From IMG/VR virus record IMGVR_UViG_3300030104_002689, positions 1 through 52,980 of that record: a stretch of 52,980 bases of DNA; one strand, given 5' to 3'. Every line of letters starts with the position of its first letter. The stretch's first letter is position 1. Positions 37,407 through 47,203 of the stretch are shown piece by piece. The stretch comes from a virus (taxonomy: Duplodnaviria; Caudoviricetes). Under the pieces are notes generated by a model. The model worked only from the letters and a program-made list of their open reading frames with translations, had not been told where the DNA came from and ran no database searches. Both the position numbers and the translations under genes were made by a program.

Positions 37407-37604
37407 ATGAAAAAATATACATTAACTATCATTTATAATGACAAAACTGGTGATATGGATAGTTTAACAGAAGATGTTGAGGAACTAGATTCTTATCCAA
37501 TATCTGTTACAGCTAGTGCAAAAGTTATGGAACAAATAGATGAGGCTGGACTTATAAAAGAGTTGTGCGTACCATTCCCAGGAGTATGTATAGGGGAGTC
37601 TTGA
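37407..37604 (+). CDS. Hypothetical protein
   Basis: In frame with tracked ORF 37392; ATG at 37407; TGATG coupling to the next gene. Confidence 0.65.
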   Translation: MKKYTLTIIYNDKTGDMDSLTEDVEELDSYPISVTASAKVMEQIDEAGLIKELCVPFPGVCIGES

Positions 37605-38350
37605 TGCGTCAGTATACTATTGGCGGCAAACATCATCCGATCTTTGAAAGCAAAGAGGAGATTCCCAATAATATTGTGGTTATTGAAAATTGGCGTGATG
37701 GAGAAATAGGTGATTGGGTTCGTGCAGACGATGATAACGTTATACAAATATTGCGATGCAGTACTGTATTAAATAGAAAAAACGTTATTAAGTATGTAGG
37801 AACTTGCACAGGAACCTATCTCTGTCGAGATAAAGATAAGATGGACACAGAAAAAAGGGAGAATATATATTCTTTCTCTGCTAGTGCATCTAACAATACA
37901 GCAAAACGGATAAAAACACGAAATTATCTGACTGCCAATGAAGCTGTATTTTCTAAGCTAATTGCTAATGGCTACACACCCGAAGATGCCTACAAGAGAG
38001 CATTTGGTACTGAAAATACCAAGTATGCTAAAATGAAATCAGCTGTCCTAATTAAACAGGAGCGTATCGTGAGTGCTGTTAAAGAAGAACTAGACGTAGT
38101 ATTGAAAAGCGAAGGTATTGATTTGCATTATCTTATTAAAGGTGTCAAGCTAGAGGCAGAAAATGCCGACAAGTCAAACGACCGATTAAGAGCATTATCA
38201 ATGCTATGGGAAGCTGCAGAGGTAATACCTAAACAAAAAGTAACGCAAGTTACTGGTGCAGTATTTCAAGGGTTTGACGATAATATGTTAGAATCAGCAA
38301 AACGCCCAGAGCTAAAAGGCGAGATAGCTGATGCATCAAAAAGACCATAA
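37604..38350 (+). CDS. Putative terminase small subunit
   Basis: HTH-like F...IANG.....AYKRAF and DRLRALSML helix. GGGGAG RBS before ATG 37604; first large late gene upstream of TerL. Confidence 0.6.
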   Translation: MRQYTIGGKHHPIFESKEEIPNNIVVIENWRDGEIGDWVRADDDNVIQILRCSTVLNRKNVIKYVGTCTGTYLCRDKDKMDTEKRENIYSFSASASNNTAKRIKTRNYLTANEAVFSKLIANGYTPEDAYKRAFGTENTKYAKMKSAVLIKQERIVSAVKEELDVVLKSEGIDLHYLIKGVKLEAENADKSNDRLRALSMLWEAAEVIPKQKVTQVTGAVFQGFDDNMLESAKRPELKGEIADASKRP

Positions 38351-39452
38351 GTCGACACAAAATAAAAATTCGGTGGCTACGCCACGCCTGTCTCTAGGGC
38401 AGAGAGTAGTTAACAGATTTCCATCTCAACACGAAGACCCTGAAAAAGCAGCCGAACAAGAGAGAGGACTACGTCAGCTTGTAGACTTACTTATACCACA
38501 ATCAAAAACAGATGTTGCGCTAATGGCGGCTGGACCCGTTGTTGGTAGGGTTGCAAGATCTGCAAGAAAAGTAAGAAAGTATACTAGTGGAGATTTTGAT
38601 GTTACAGAAACTGCTGGTGGTACAAAAAAATTAACATCTGTTATTAAAGAACTGCCTAGATTTGATTTAAAAAAGTCAAGACAAGTATTTAAAGACGATA
38701 CACATGATATAGTAACTGCTGTAACTCCAACTTTTATTCAAGGCAACAAACCTATGAGAGCAAATGTTACAAGCTATATTAAAGGTTCTGAGTTTGGTAG
38801 TAAAAAACTTGGTGATATGAGCATGACGGTTTCACAAAAATCTGATAATGTAAAAGGTAAAAAAATAAATTATTTTGAATTAAGTAATTTAAAGATGAAA
38901 ATAATACCAGACTTAAGACCTAATATGAGTAAAGAGGAAATAAAAAGTGCATTAGCAAAAAATCAAATGGCTGTAGGAAAAATGATGAAAGTTTTAACAG
39001 ATACAGTTGATGATGATTTTGTAGTCAAAGGTGATTCTTATACTATGGATAGTTTTAATACATTAATGAAAGGATTTTTAAGAAAAGTTAAAGAAGTTGA
39101 TTTTAGTACAGATAGAGCAACTATTGCATATGATTATGGAGATGGATATACAGCGTCTGTTTCACCAGCTATAAGAAAATTAAAAGAAGCAAGTAAGAAA
39201 GGCTCTGGTGCTTTTGAAAAAGAATTAGAAAATATTATTGATGATTTCAACAATAGTCTTTTTAAGAATCAAGATAAATTATTTGGAGATCCTAAGTTTG
39301 AAATTGTAAAACCAGGCGATGGTGTTCCAAGAATTGAATACAATACTTTTACTATGAGTACATTTAAAAAATATTTAGCTGGAGTAATGGGTATTCCAGC
39401 AACTCAATTTGATAAATTTGCAGAAGATGTAGCAAAAGATGAAAGCAGTTAA
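38331..39452 (+). CDS. Hypothetical protein (373 aa)
   Basis: Long coupled ORF; no family recognised. Confidence 0.7.
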   Translation: MHQKDHKSTQNKNSVATPRLSLGQRVVNRFPSQHEDPEKAAEQERGLRQLVDLLIPQSKTDVALMAAGPVVGRVARSARKVRKYTSGDFDVTETAGGTKKLTSVIKELPRFDLKKSRQVFKDDTHDIVTAVTPTFIQGNKPMRANVTSYIKGSEFGSKKLGDMSMTVSQKSDNVKGKKINYFELSNLKMKIIPDLRPNMSKEEIKSALAKNQMAVGKMMKVLTDTVDDDFVVKGDSYTMDSFNTLMKGFLRKVKEVDFSTDRATIAYDYGDGYTASVSPAIRKLKEASKKGSGAFEKELENIIDDFNNSLFKNQDKLFGDPKFEIVKPGDGVPRIEYNTFTMSTFKKYLAGVMGIPATQFDKFAEDVAKDESS

Positions 39453-39736
39453 TGATTGAATTTTTATTAGGTTTAGCATTAGGACTAGCTGTAGCTAGTA
39501 CAGATATGGGTGAACCTGTACCTTATCAAACTATTACATATACTGATAGTAGTAGGATTGTAAAAGTGTACAATACTTCTGCTTTTAAATATCGTTATAT
39601 GCCTAACGCTTATGCTATAGGGTGGAATACAAATAATTATAAGTATTGGGATACAAAACCAATAAAACCATTATATGTAAAAACTATTCATGTAAACCCT
39701 AAACCTAAACCGAAACCGAAGGAAAGAAAAGAATGA
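39452..39736 (+). CDS. Secreted or membrane-anchored protein with KP-rich tail
   Basis: Hydrophobic N-terminus; (PK)n C-terminus. Confidence 0.65.
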   Translation: MIEFLLGLALGLAVASTDMGEPVPYQTITYTDSSRIVKVYNTSAFKYRYMPNAYAIGWNTNNYKYWDTKPIKPLYVKTIHVNPKPKPKPKERKE

Positions 39737-39771
39737 AAGATTGTTGTTGTAGTTGTGAGTGTTGTAAATGA
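39733..39771 (+). CDS. Cys-rich micropeptide MKDCCCSCECCK
   Basis: ATGA overlaps at both ends, coupling it to both neighbours. Confidence 0.5.
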   Translation: MKDCCCSCECCK

Positions 39772-40052
39772 GTAAACCAATAGGACAAGATTCAAGTTTA
39801 AACATTAGTTTACCTATGCTTTTTCAAGCTGTAGGAATTATTGGAGCTATGGTGTGGGGTTATGGCGAGTTAAATGGTCGTATTTCTTTTCTTGAATATC
39901 AAGTAAGAATAAATGAAGAGCATATAGAGGCTATTGAAGAAGATGCTAAAGAAAGTCAAAATGCTGAGATTCCTGCTGATATAAGACAGAATGAAAAAAT
40001 TAAAGTTCTAGAAGAAGAAGTAAAAAGATTGCGTAATGAGCAAGGCAATTAA
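39768..40052 (+). CDS. Membrane protein with coiled coil
   Basis: One TM helix plus coiled coil. Confidence 0.7.
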   Translation: MSKPIGQDSSLNISLPMLFQAVGIIGAMVWGYGELNGRISFLEYQVRINEEHIEAIEEDAKESQNAEIPADIRQNEKIKVLEEEVKRLRNEQGN

Positions 40053-40296
40053 CGAAAATGCACAAATACATATTTCGATTGCTTTTCTTATTAAGGCGAT
40101 GGCTGGAGTTGCGATTGTGGTTGGCAGTTGGTACCAGGCACAAATGCAGTTCGCAGAACAAGAAAGAAGAATAGAAGATTTAGAAGACAAAGTAACTGTG
40201 CTTTCTGCATCTGTTGAAGGTTTAGAAACACAAAAAATACAAGCTCTAGAAGAAGAAAATAGAAGCCTAATGCAAAGACTGGGGATTAGAAAATGA
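40036..40296 (+). CDS. Membrane protein with coiled coil (paralogue-like to the previous gene)
   Basis: MSKAINEN..I.ISI..L aligns with MSKPIGQD..L.ISL..L. Confidence 0.7.
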   Translation: MSKAINENAQIHISIAFLIKAMAGVAIVVGSWYQAQMQFAEQERRIEDLEDKVTVLSASVEGLETQKIQALEEENRSLMQRLGIRK

Positions 40297-40598
40297 TAGA
40301 AACATATGCTGAATACGGTGCAATTGGGGTTATAGTTGCATTATTTGGGTTTATGATTATAAACCTTATACAGAGTCAAAAAGCTCAAAATGAAGATTTA
40401 GATTCCATAAGACAAGATATAGCATCAACAACAAAGGTGCTAACAAATACAGAAGGAATCTTACTAAAGATGCTAGACAGATGGAATAGATCAGACGAAA
40501 CAAGTCAAAGGCATAGAGAGGACATAATCAAGGAACTTAACGATGTGACTGATGATTTAGCTTATCTCAAAGGTCGCATAAACGGAAAGGCAAACTAA
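40293..40598 (+). CDS. Membrane protein, holin-like
   Basis: EYGAIGV N-terminal TM helix plus coiled coil ending LKGRING. Confidence 0.65.
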   Translation: MIETYAEYGAIGVIVALFGFMIINLIQSQKAQNEDLDSIRQDIASTTKVLTNTEGILLKMLDRWNRSDETSQRHREDIIKELNDVTDDLAYLKGRINGKAN

Positions 40599-40747
40599 TG
40601 CTAAAACGAATCATTGGCAAACTAGTTAAAAAGCATGGTATGAAAGGACTACTTATAATGGTAGGCGATTATGCTGTTAAAGCTACTAAGTCAAAAGAAG
40701 ACGATAAAATTTGGGAAGAAGTAAAAGCTTTATTAGATACATTCTAA
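40598..40747 (+). CDS. Small protein (49 aa, MLKRIIGKLVKKHG...)
   Basis: Not in track. TAATG coupling; T.SKEDDKIW pattern; fills the gap before TerL. Confidence 0.65.
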   Translation: MLKRIIGKLVKKHGMKGLLIMVGDYAVKATKSKEDDKIWEEVKALLDTF

Positions 40748-40754
40748 AAAAACT

Positions 40755-42308
40755 TTGAATATAAATACTCAAAATGTTAGCAAGGCAGAAAATGCTTTGC
40801 TAGAAGCGTCAAAAGACATGATTGCATTTGGTAAATTATTTTTACCTGATGACTATATGCGTTCTGAAACTCCATGGTTTCATTACGAAATATCTGATGC
40901 AATTATGGACAAAGAGACCAAGCAATTAGCTGTCATCATGCCACGAGGACATGGTAAAACAGTTTTAACAAAATGCGACATCCTTTGGTCATTTTTATTT
41001 ACAACTAAAGAACCATTGTTTTACGGATGGGTATCGGCGACAGCTAAGCTTGCTACAGGTAATATGGATTACATTAAACATCATTTAGAGTTTAATGATC
41101 GTATAAAATATTACTTTGGTAATTTAAAAGGTAGAAAATGGACAGAAGAAGATATTGAGCTTAATACAGGACACAAACTTCTGTGCAAATCAAACATATC
41201 AGGTATTAGGGGAGGTGCAAAGCTCCACAAACGCTATGACTTGGTAATATTGGATGATTTTGAAGATGAAAATAATACAATTACTCCAGATGCTAGAGCA
41301 AAGAACAGTAACCTTATCACTGCGGTTGTTTATCCTGCTTTGGAGCCTCATACTGGCAGGCTGCGTATTAACGGTACTCCTGTGCATTATGATTCCTTTA
41401 TTAATAATCTTTTAACTAATTACGAAAAAGCTAAAAGAGATAAAAAAAGTTTTGCATGGACAGTTAAAACGTACAAAGCAATAGACAAAAAAGGTAATTC
41501 TTTATGGGATTCTTGGTTTCCTATAAAAAAATTAGACGAAAAAAAGAAATTTTACCAAGATTCTGGACAACCACAAAAATTCTATCAAGAATATATGATG
41601 GAAGTACAATCTCAAGAAGATTCTATATTTAATATGCGTCATATAAAACATTGGGAAGGTACGTTTGTTCATGAAGAACAAACTGGGATTAGTTATATAG
41701 TTAAAGATGATGATGCAGTTCCTGTAAATGTTTTTGCTGGAGTAGATCCTGCAACTGATTCACATAGAAGGGATTCTGATTTTTCTGTTATTATGGTTGT
41801 AGCTGTAGATGAAAACAACAATATATATGTTTTAGACTACATAAGAGAACGTGGATTGCCAGTTATAGGTATTCCTGGAGATAGCAAAGAAGGAATAGTA
41901 GATAAAATGTATAAAATGGAAAAAATTTACCATCCTTCGCTTTTTGTAGTCGAAGATACTACAATGTCTAGACCTATATTTCAAACTTTAATGTCAGAAT
42001 CTAGAAGAAGAAATGATTTTAGTGTAAAATGGCGTGAAGAAAAACCTGGAACAAGACAAAGTAAATTAGATAGAATACAAGGAGTGCTTGCACAACGAAT
42101 GACTATTGGTTCAATAAAGATTAAAAAAAGTCATTATGATTTACAACATGAAATTGTTACATTTGGTCCTAGAATGGCGCATGATGACACCATTGATGCG
42201 CTAGCATACGCAGTAAAGTACGCTTACCCGCCCCAACATTTATCTGTTCGTAAAGACGGAACTTACCGTAGAAAAATTAAAAAGCCCAAAGATTGGATTA
42301 TTGCATAA
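40755..42308 (+). CDS. terL: Terminase large subunit
   Basis: Walker A PRGHGKT, Walker B LVILDD, GTP coupling motif, RNase H GVDPA and HDDTIDA. Confidence 0.96.
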   Translation: MNINTQNVSKAENALLEASKDMIAFGKLFLPDDYMRSETPWFHYEISDAIMDKETKQLAVIMPRGHGKTVLTKCDILWSFLFTTKEPLFYGWVSATAKLATGNMDYIKHHLEFNDRIKYYFGNLKGRKWTEEDIELNTGHKLLCKSNISGIRGGAKLHKRYDLVILDDFEDENNTITPDARAKNSNLITAVVYPALEPHTGRLRINGTPVHYDSFINNLLTNYEKAKRDKKSFAWTVKTYKAIDKKGNSLWDSWFPIKKLDEKKKFYQDSGQPQKFYQEYMMEVQSQEDSIFNMRHIKHWEGTFVHEEQTGISYIVKDDDAVPVNVFAGVDPATDSHRRDSDFSVIMVVAVDENNNIYVLDYIRERGLPVIGIPGDSKEGIVDKMYKMEKIYHPSLFVVEDTTMSRPIFQTLMSESRRRNDFSVKWREEKPGTRQSKLDRIQGVLAQRMTIGSIKIKKSHYDLQHEIVTFGPRMAHDDTIDALAYAVKYAYPPQHLSVRKDGTYRRKIKKPKDWIIA

Positions 42309-42311
42309 AAA

Positions 42312-44546
42312 ATGGCAAAAAAACAAAATAGCAAAGCAGATAGACTAAAAACTCTTTTTGATTCTCTAAAAAACTCACATCGTGATAATTGGGAGTCTGT
42401 AAATCAAGAAGGTTATGATTTTTATTTAGATAATCAATTGTCTGCTACAGAAAAAGAAGCATTGCAAGAAACTGGTATGCCAACATTTACAATTAATCGT
42501 GTTATACCTGTTGTTGAAATGTTAAACTATTATGCTACAGCATCAAATCCTAGATGGCAAGCAATTGGAGCTGAAGGTGATGATTCTGGTGTCGCTGCTG
42601 TATTTTCTGATATTGCTGATTATATATGGAATGGCTCTAACGGACAAGCCCTATATAGTAATGTAGTTAATGATGCTATTACAAAAAGTGTAGGATATTT
42701 GCTTGTTACAGTTGATGCTAATGCTGACCAAGGCATGGGTGAGATTGTAATACAGCAACCAGAACCTTTTGATATTTTTATAGACCCAAAGTCAAGAGAT
42801 CCATTGTTTAGAGATGCTGCACATATTATGATACGAAAAGTATTTAGCAGAACACAGTTAATGCAACAATACCCACAATATGCTAATAAAATAAAAAAAG
42901 CATCTGGAAATTATAGCGATACTGATAGTTTATCATTAAATGCTACAGATACCTCTGATATACAATACAAAGACATCAAAGAGGCTTACACTACGGATGG
43001 TGGTCAAGATGATTTGGTAGAATTATTTGAATTGTATGAAAAAGTCCAAGAAAAATTTTATAACGTATTCTATAGAACAGTACCTACAGAAGAAGAAATG
43101 AAACAGATAACACAACAAGTTTCTGTGCAAATACAAGAAATGCAAAAAGAAATGTCTGTTCGTATGCAAGAAATGCAACAAAAACTTGCACAAGCTGTTG
43201 AAACTGGTGAAATGTTACCAGAAAGAATGGAATTAGAGATAGAACGAGAAACTAAAATGAACGAAACGCAATTGCAAAATGCACAACAGCAATTGATGGC
43301 AGAAGCACAAAAAGCTGCAAGTATAGTTCAAAATAATGTTGTAAACGAAAAAGAATATAAAGTATTGCAAACAGATACAAACTTTGTAGATATGATTGTA
43401 GATGTTGTTGAATTTTATAAGCCTGCAATAAAACAATGTTGTGTTGCTGGTGATGTATTCCTGTATGAAGAAATGTTGCCCATAGAGCATTATCCACTTG
43501 TTCCATTTACTTACAAATGGACAGGTACACCATACCCTATGAGCGCTGTGAGTCCATTAGTTGGGAAACAGCGTGAGATTAATAAGGCGCATCAGCTTAT
43601 GATTCACAACGCTTCTCTGGGTTCATCATTAAGATGGATGTATTCAGAAGGATCTATTGATACTGATTATTGGGAAAAAAATGCTACTGCTCCAGGTGCA
43701 TTATTACCAATAAATCAAGGTTTTGAAGCACCAACTCAAGTCCAACCTGCAGGATTAAGTAGTGCATTTTTTCAAATTGTACAAGCAGGTAAAAATGATA
43801 TGGAATATTTAGCTGGTATTTATTCTACTGCACAGGGAGATGGCACACAAGCTAACGATACATATAGAGGTATGTTAGCATTAGACGAATATGGAACTCG
43901 TCGTGTTAAACAATGGTTAAAAAGCAGTATTGAACCAGCATTGAAACAATTAGGTGAAGTTGTAAAACAATATTCACAATCTGTGTATCAAACACATAAA
44001 GTATTTAGAATTGTACAACCAAACTCATTGCAGCAAGATAAAGAAGTAGAAATAAACGTTCCTATATTTAATGATATGGGAGAATCTATAGGAAAATGGA
44101 ATGATTATGGTTCAGCTAAATTTGATGTTAGAATTGTAGCTGGTAGTACATTGCCTGTTAATAGATGGGCATATTTAGCAGAATTAAAAGAATTAATGAA
44201 ATTGGGAGTTGTTGATGACTTAGCTGTTCTTGCAGAAACTGATATAAAAGACAAGACTGCAATAGCAAAACGTAAAAGTTTATATCAACAACTTCAACAA
44301 TCTGTTCAGAAAATGCAAGAGCAAATCAAGGATAAGGATGGTACAATTGAAACACTCGAAAGACAACTGGTTCAAGCAGGTATCCGTGATAAAATCAGAA
44401 CAGTAGAGACAGAGCTTCGCAAAGGCGCAACTAAGGCTCAAGGTCGCATGACTTTGACTGCTGATAAAGCTGAAGCGGATGCTAAAATTAACAAAGCTCT
44501 AAAAGAGCAAACACAATCAAGGAGTAAAAATGGCAAAACAGAGTAA
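42312..44546 (+). CDS. Portal protein (P22-like)
   Basis: Follows TerL; 744 aa; FY...Q...P.FTINR, DIFIDP.SRD, C-terminal coiled barrel. Confidence 0.88.
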   Translation: MAKKQNSKADRLKTLFDSLKNSHRDNWESVNQEGYDFYLDNQLSATEKEALQETGMPTFTINRVIPVVEMLNYYATASNPRWQAIGAEGDDSGVAAVFSDIADYIWNGSNGQALYSNVVNDAITKSVGYLLVTVDANADQGMGEIVIQQPEPFDIFIDPKSRDPLFRDAAHIMIRKVFSRTQLMQQYPQYANKIKKASGNYSDTDSLSLNATDTSDIQYKDIKEAYTTDGGQDDLVELFELYEKVQEKFYNVFYRTVPTEEEMKQITQQVSVQIQEMQKEMSVRMQEMQQKLAQAVETGEMLPERMELEIERETKMNETQLQNAQQQLMAEAQKAASIVQNNVVNEKEYKVLQTDTNFVDMIVDVVEFYKPAIKQCCVAGDVFLYEEMLPIEHYPLVPFTYKWTGTPYPMSAVSPLVGKQREINKAHQLMIHNASLGSSLRWMYSEGSIDTDYWEKNATAPGALLPINQGFEAPTQVQPAGLSSAFFQIVQAGKNDMEYLAGIYSTAQGDGTQANDTYRGMLALDEYGTRRVKQWLKSSIEPALKQLGEVVKQYSQSVYQTHKVFRIVQPNSLQQDKEVEINVPIFNDMGESIGKWNDYGSAKFDVRIVAGSTLPVNRWAYLAELKELMKLGVVDDLAVLAETDIKDKTAIAKRKSLYQQLQQSVQKMQEQIKDKDGTIETLERQLVQAGIRDKIRTVETELRKGATKAQGRMTLTADKAEADAKINKALKEQTQSRSKNGKTE

Positions 44547-45432
44547 CGCTGGTAACTCTCCTACTGATGCTGAACTTAATCCTAATGTTGATTTAACATT
44601 GGATGATGCAGGCGTTGGTAATGACTCTAGCGACCTTTTTGACGATTTAGACCGTGAGGTGAACGGTTTAATACTTGACGATGCAGATAATGATGGAGCA
44701 GAATTTACAAGTGAACAGGAAACTCAGGATGTACCTGACCCTGCACCTGTAGATACAAGCGATCACCAGCACGATTATGAAAAGAGATACAAAGACTCAT
44801 CTCGTGAAGCTAGAAAGTTAAAAGATGAACTTGATAGTCTTAAACAGTATACTCCCATAATCGAGCGCCTCAAAGAAGACACGGGAATGGTAAATGTAAT
44901 TAAAAACTACGTTGAAAATGGTGAACAACCACAAAACGTAAAAGAGGCACTTCAACTTCCTGAAGATTTCGTATTCGACTTAGATGAAGCGATGTCAAAT
45001 CCTGGTTCTTTAAGCGGAAAAGCTTTAGAACATACGATTTCAAGCGTTGTCGATAACCGTGTCAATACACAACTTGCTAAAGAACGTGAGATACAATCAC
45101 AAGAAACTGAAAAGCAACAACAAGCTCGTGAAGCTGATTCTTTTAAAAAGCAATACAATATTTCTAATGATGAATATGAGGATATGATGGATTGGGCGAA
45201 TAGTCATAAAACATCTTTAGAAGATATTTATTATTTAAAGAATCGTGATTCTAGAGACCAAAAAGTTGCTCGAGGTGTAAAGGAAGATGTGTTGAAACAA
45301 ATGAAATCTGTAAGAAGTATACCAAGTAGTGTTGCTAATAAAAACACAGAAAAAGTAGAAGCTGACCCTAATGACAAATTATTTGATGCATTAGCGAACG
45401 TAGATGCTGGACTGGAAGGTTTATTTAAGTAA
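44530..45432 (+). CDS. Capsid scaffolding protein
   Basis: Acidic, YEKRYKDSSREA motif, between portal and capsid. Confidence 0.75.
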   Translation: MAKQSNAGNSPTDAELNPNVDLTLDDAGVGNDSSDLFDDLDREVNGLILDDADNDGAEFTSEQETQDVPDPAPVDTSDHQHDYEKRYKDSSREARKLKDELDSLKQYTPIIERLKEDTGMVNVIKNYVENGEQPQNVKEALQLPEDFVFDLDEAMSNPGSLSGKALEHTISSVVDNRVNTQLAKEREIQSQETEKQQQAREADSFKKQYNISNDEYEDMMDWANSHKTSLEDIYYLKNRDSRDQKVARGVKEDVLKQMKSVRSIPSSVANKNTEKVEADPNDKLFDALANVDAGLEGLFK

Positions 45433-45472
45433 CATCTTGTTAGTGTCTCATTAAAAGAAAGATGAGGCTAAA

Positions 45473-47017
45473 ATGGCTGACAACCCTTTGAAACTGAGTA
45501 CACATGCTCAGTCGCAAGTTGAAAGTAGTTTTAATACTGGTGATCTGCGTAGACGGTTTGATTTCTCGGAAAGAGTTTCTGAGCTATCTGTAGACCAAAC
45601 TCCTTTTTTCCGAGTATTAAGTAAGATTGGTAAAAAATCTACTACTGACCCTGAGTTTAAGACTCTAGAACAACGTCATATGTGGCATAAGCGTTATGCT
45701 TACGCTACTGCAATGGATCTAAACGGTGGAGTCATCGGCTCTGGCGATAATGATAATGAATATGTGGATTTTTCATTTGCAAGTACTGATTTGCAATTGG
45801 ATGATGAGATGAATGTTAAGTTTGAAACTGACTATTTATCTGCTGGTAACGTACAAAATGTACTTGGTCAAACAGGTACTGCTGTAGGTGCTGCTGGTAC
45901 AAAACCAATATTCTTCTTAGTTAATCAAATCGTGAAGATTCCAGTAAGAGTATTTGCAAGCGCAATTGCCGCTGGTAAAGACAACACTGCTCCTGATGGT
46001 TTTAAAAAAGACTATCTAATGGTTAAAATTACTGCAATTGGTTCTCCTAATACTGGAGCTGATGCACAAGCAGTTTATGCAAAGTGTAAAGTAATTAGAC
46101 CAGTTGCAGTTGGTTCTGACACTTACTGGACATTACCTGGTGCTCAATATCACCATGGTGGTACAACGTTTGATGCTATGATAACTAATGCTTATACAGA
46201 AGCTGATAAGTGTTATGTCGTTGGTTCAGCACACGCTGAAGGTTCAAGTTTCCCAGATACCTACAAAGATACACCTTACAAAGATGTAGTAGGTTATACA
46301 CAAATCTGGAAGACAACCTGTCAAATGACCAATACTGCTCGTGCTACTGAACTCAAACTTGCAAAAGATGAGTGGATGAGAATTTGGAAGAACAAACTTA
46401 TCGAACATAAGTACGATATTGAAACAGATCTTCTTTTCTCTTCAAAACAAAAAGATGCTGATGGTGTTCGCTATACAGCTGGTTTAGTTGACTATGTATT
46501 ATCAAGTGGTAATATATTTTCAATTAACTTGGCTTCAGGTGGAACAACTTCAGATGACTTCTTGGATAACATGAGTGATTTCATGGACCCACGTTACAAC
46601 AACGCTAATGCAACTATGTTTATGTGCGATACTGCAACATATAACTGGTTACATAAGCTAGGTGGTTTCCAAAAGAACGATGTCGAAATTAGCAGTCAAT
46701 TCCGTTTTGACTTTGCTATTAGCGGCAAAAAACAGCTCTTTGGTTTACCTGTAACGCAAATCAGTACTCCTTACGGTGATATGAACGTTGTTCGCAACAT
46801 TCACTTAGATGCATCACCAGTAAGAATCGTAGCTGTGAATCTAAAGCACGTTGCTTACAGACCATTGGTCGGTAATGGCGTAAACAGAGATACGCAAATC
46901 TACGTTGGTGTACAAAGTTTAGAGAACACAGGTGTTGACCGCAGAATCGACCTCATTCAGACCGAAGCTGGTCTAGAGATCGTTATGCCAGAAGCACACG
47001 CTGTTTGGAAAGACTAA
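45473..47017 (+). CDS. Major capsid protein
   Basis: Position; TPF...L, YTQIWKT, EHK.DIE..LLF, TPYG, TEAGLEI..PEAHA; high-expression codon bias. Confidence 0.9.
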   Translation: MADNPLKLSTHAQSQVESSFNTGDLRRRFDFSERVSELSVDQTPFFRVLSKIGKKSTTDPEFKTLEQRHMWHKRYAYATAMDLNGGVIGSGDNDNEYVDFSFASTDLQLDDEMNVKFETDYLSAGNVQNVLGQTGTAVGAAGTKPIFFLVNQIVKIPVRVFASAIAAGKDNTAPDGFKKDYLMVKITAIGSPNTGADAQAVYAKCKVIRPVAVGSDTYWTLPGAQYHHGGTTFDAMITNAYTEADKCYVVGSAHAEGSSFPDTYKDTPYKDVVGYTQIWKTTCQMTNTARATELKLAKDEWMRIWKNKLIEHKYDIETDLLFSSKQKDADGVRYTAGLVDYVLSSGNIFSINLASGGTTSDDFLDNMSDFMDPRYNNANATMFMCDTATYNWLHKLGGFQKNDVEISSQFRFDFAISGKKQLFGLPVTQISTPYGDMNVVRNIHLDASPVRIVAVNLKHVAYRPLVGNGVNRDTQIYVGVQSLENTGVDRRIDLIQTEAGLEIVMPEAHAVWKD

Positions 47018-47047
47018 TCTGATTAACCAATAAACAAAATCGTAAAT

Positions 47048-47071
47048 GCTAGGGGGCTAGTTCCCCCTAGC
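47048..47071 (+). terminator. Stem-loop after the capsid gene (weak terminator or stability element)
   Basis: GCTAGGGGG-CTAGTT-CCCCCTAGC, with a poor U-tract. Confidence 0.55.
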
Positions 47072-47089
47072 TAGATTTAAGGAGCAAAA

Positions 47090-47203
47090 ATGCCAAGTGG
47101 AAAAGGAACTTACGGTTCAAAAAGAGGAAGACCATCAAAAAAAGCTAAAATGGCTGGTAGAAAAAAAATGGCAAAACCAGCAAAAAGAAGAAAACGTAAA
47201 TAA
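47090..47203 (+). CDS. Basic AT-hook-like micro-protein (37 aa, MPSGKGTYGSKRGRPSKK...)
   Basis: Not in track. AAGGAG RBS, RGRP motif, TAATG coupling. Confidence 0.8.
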   Translation: MPSGKGTYGSKRGRPSKKAKMAGRKKMAKPAKRRKRK

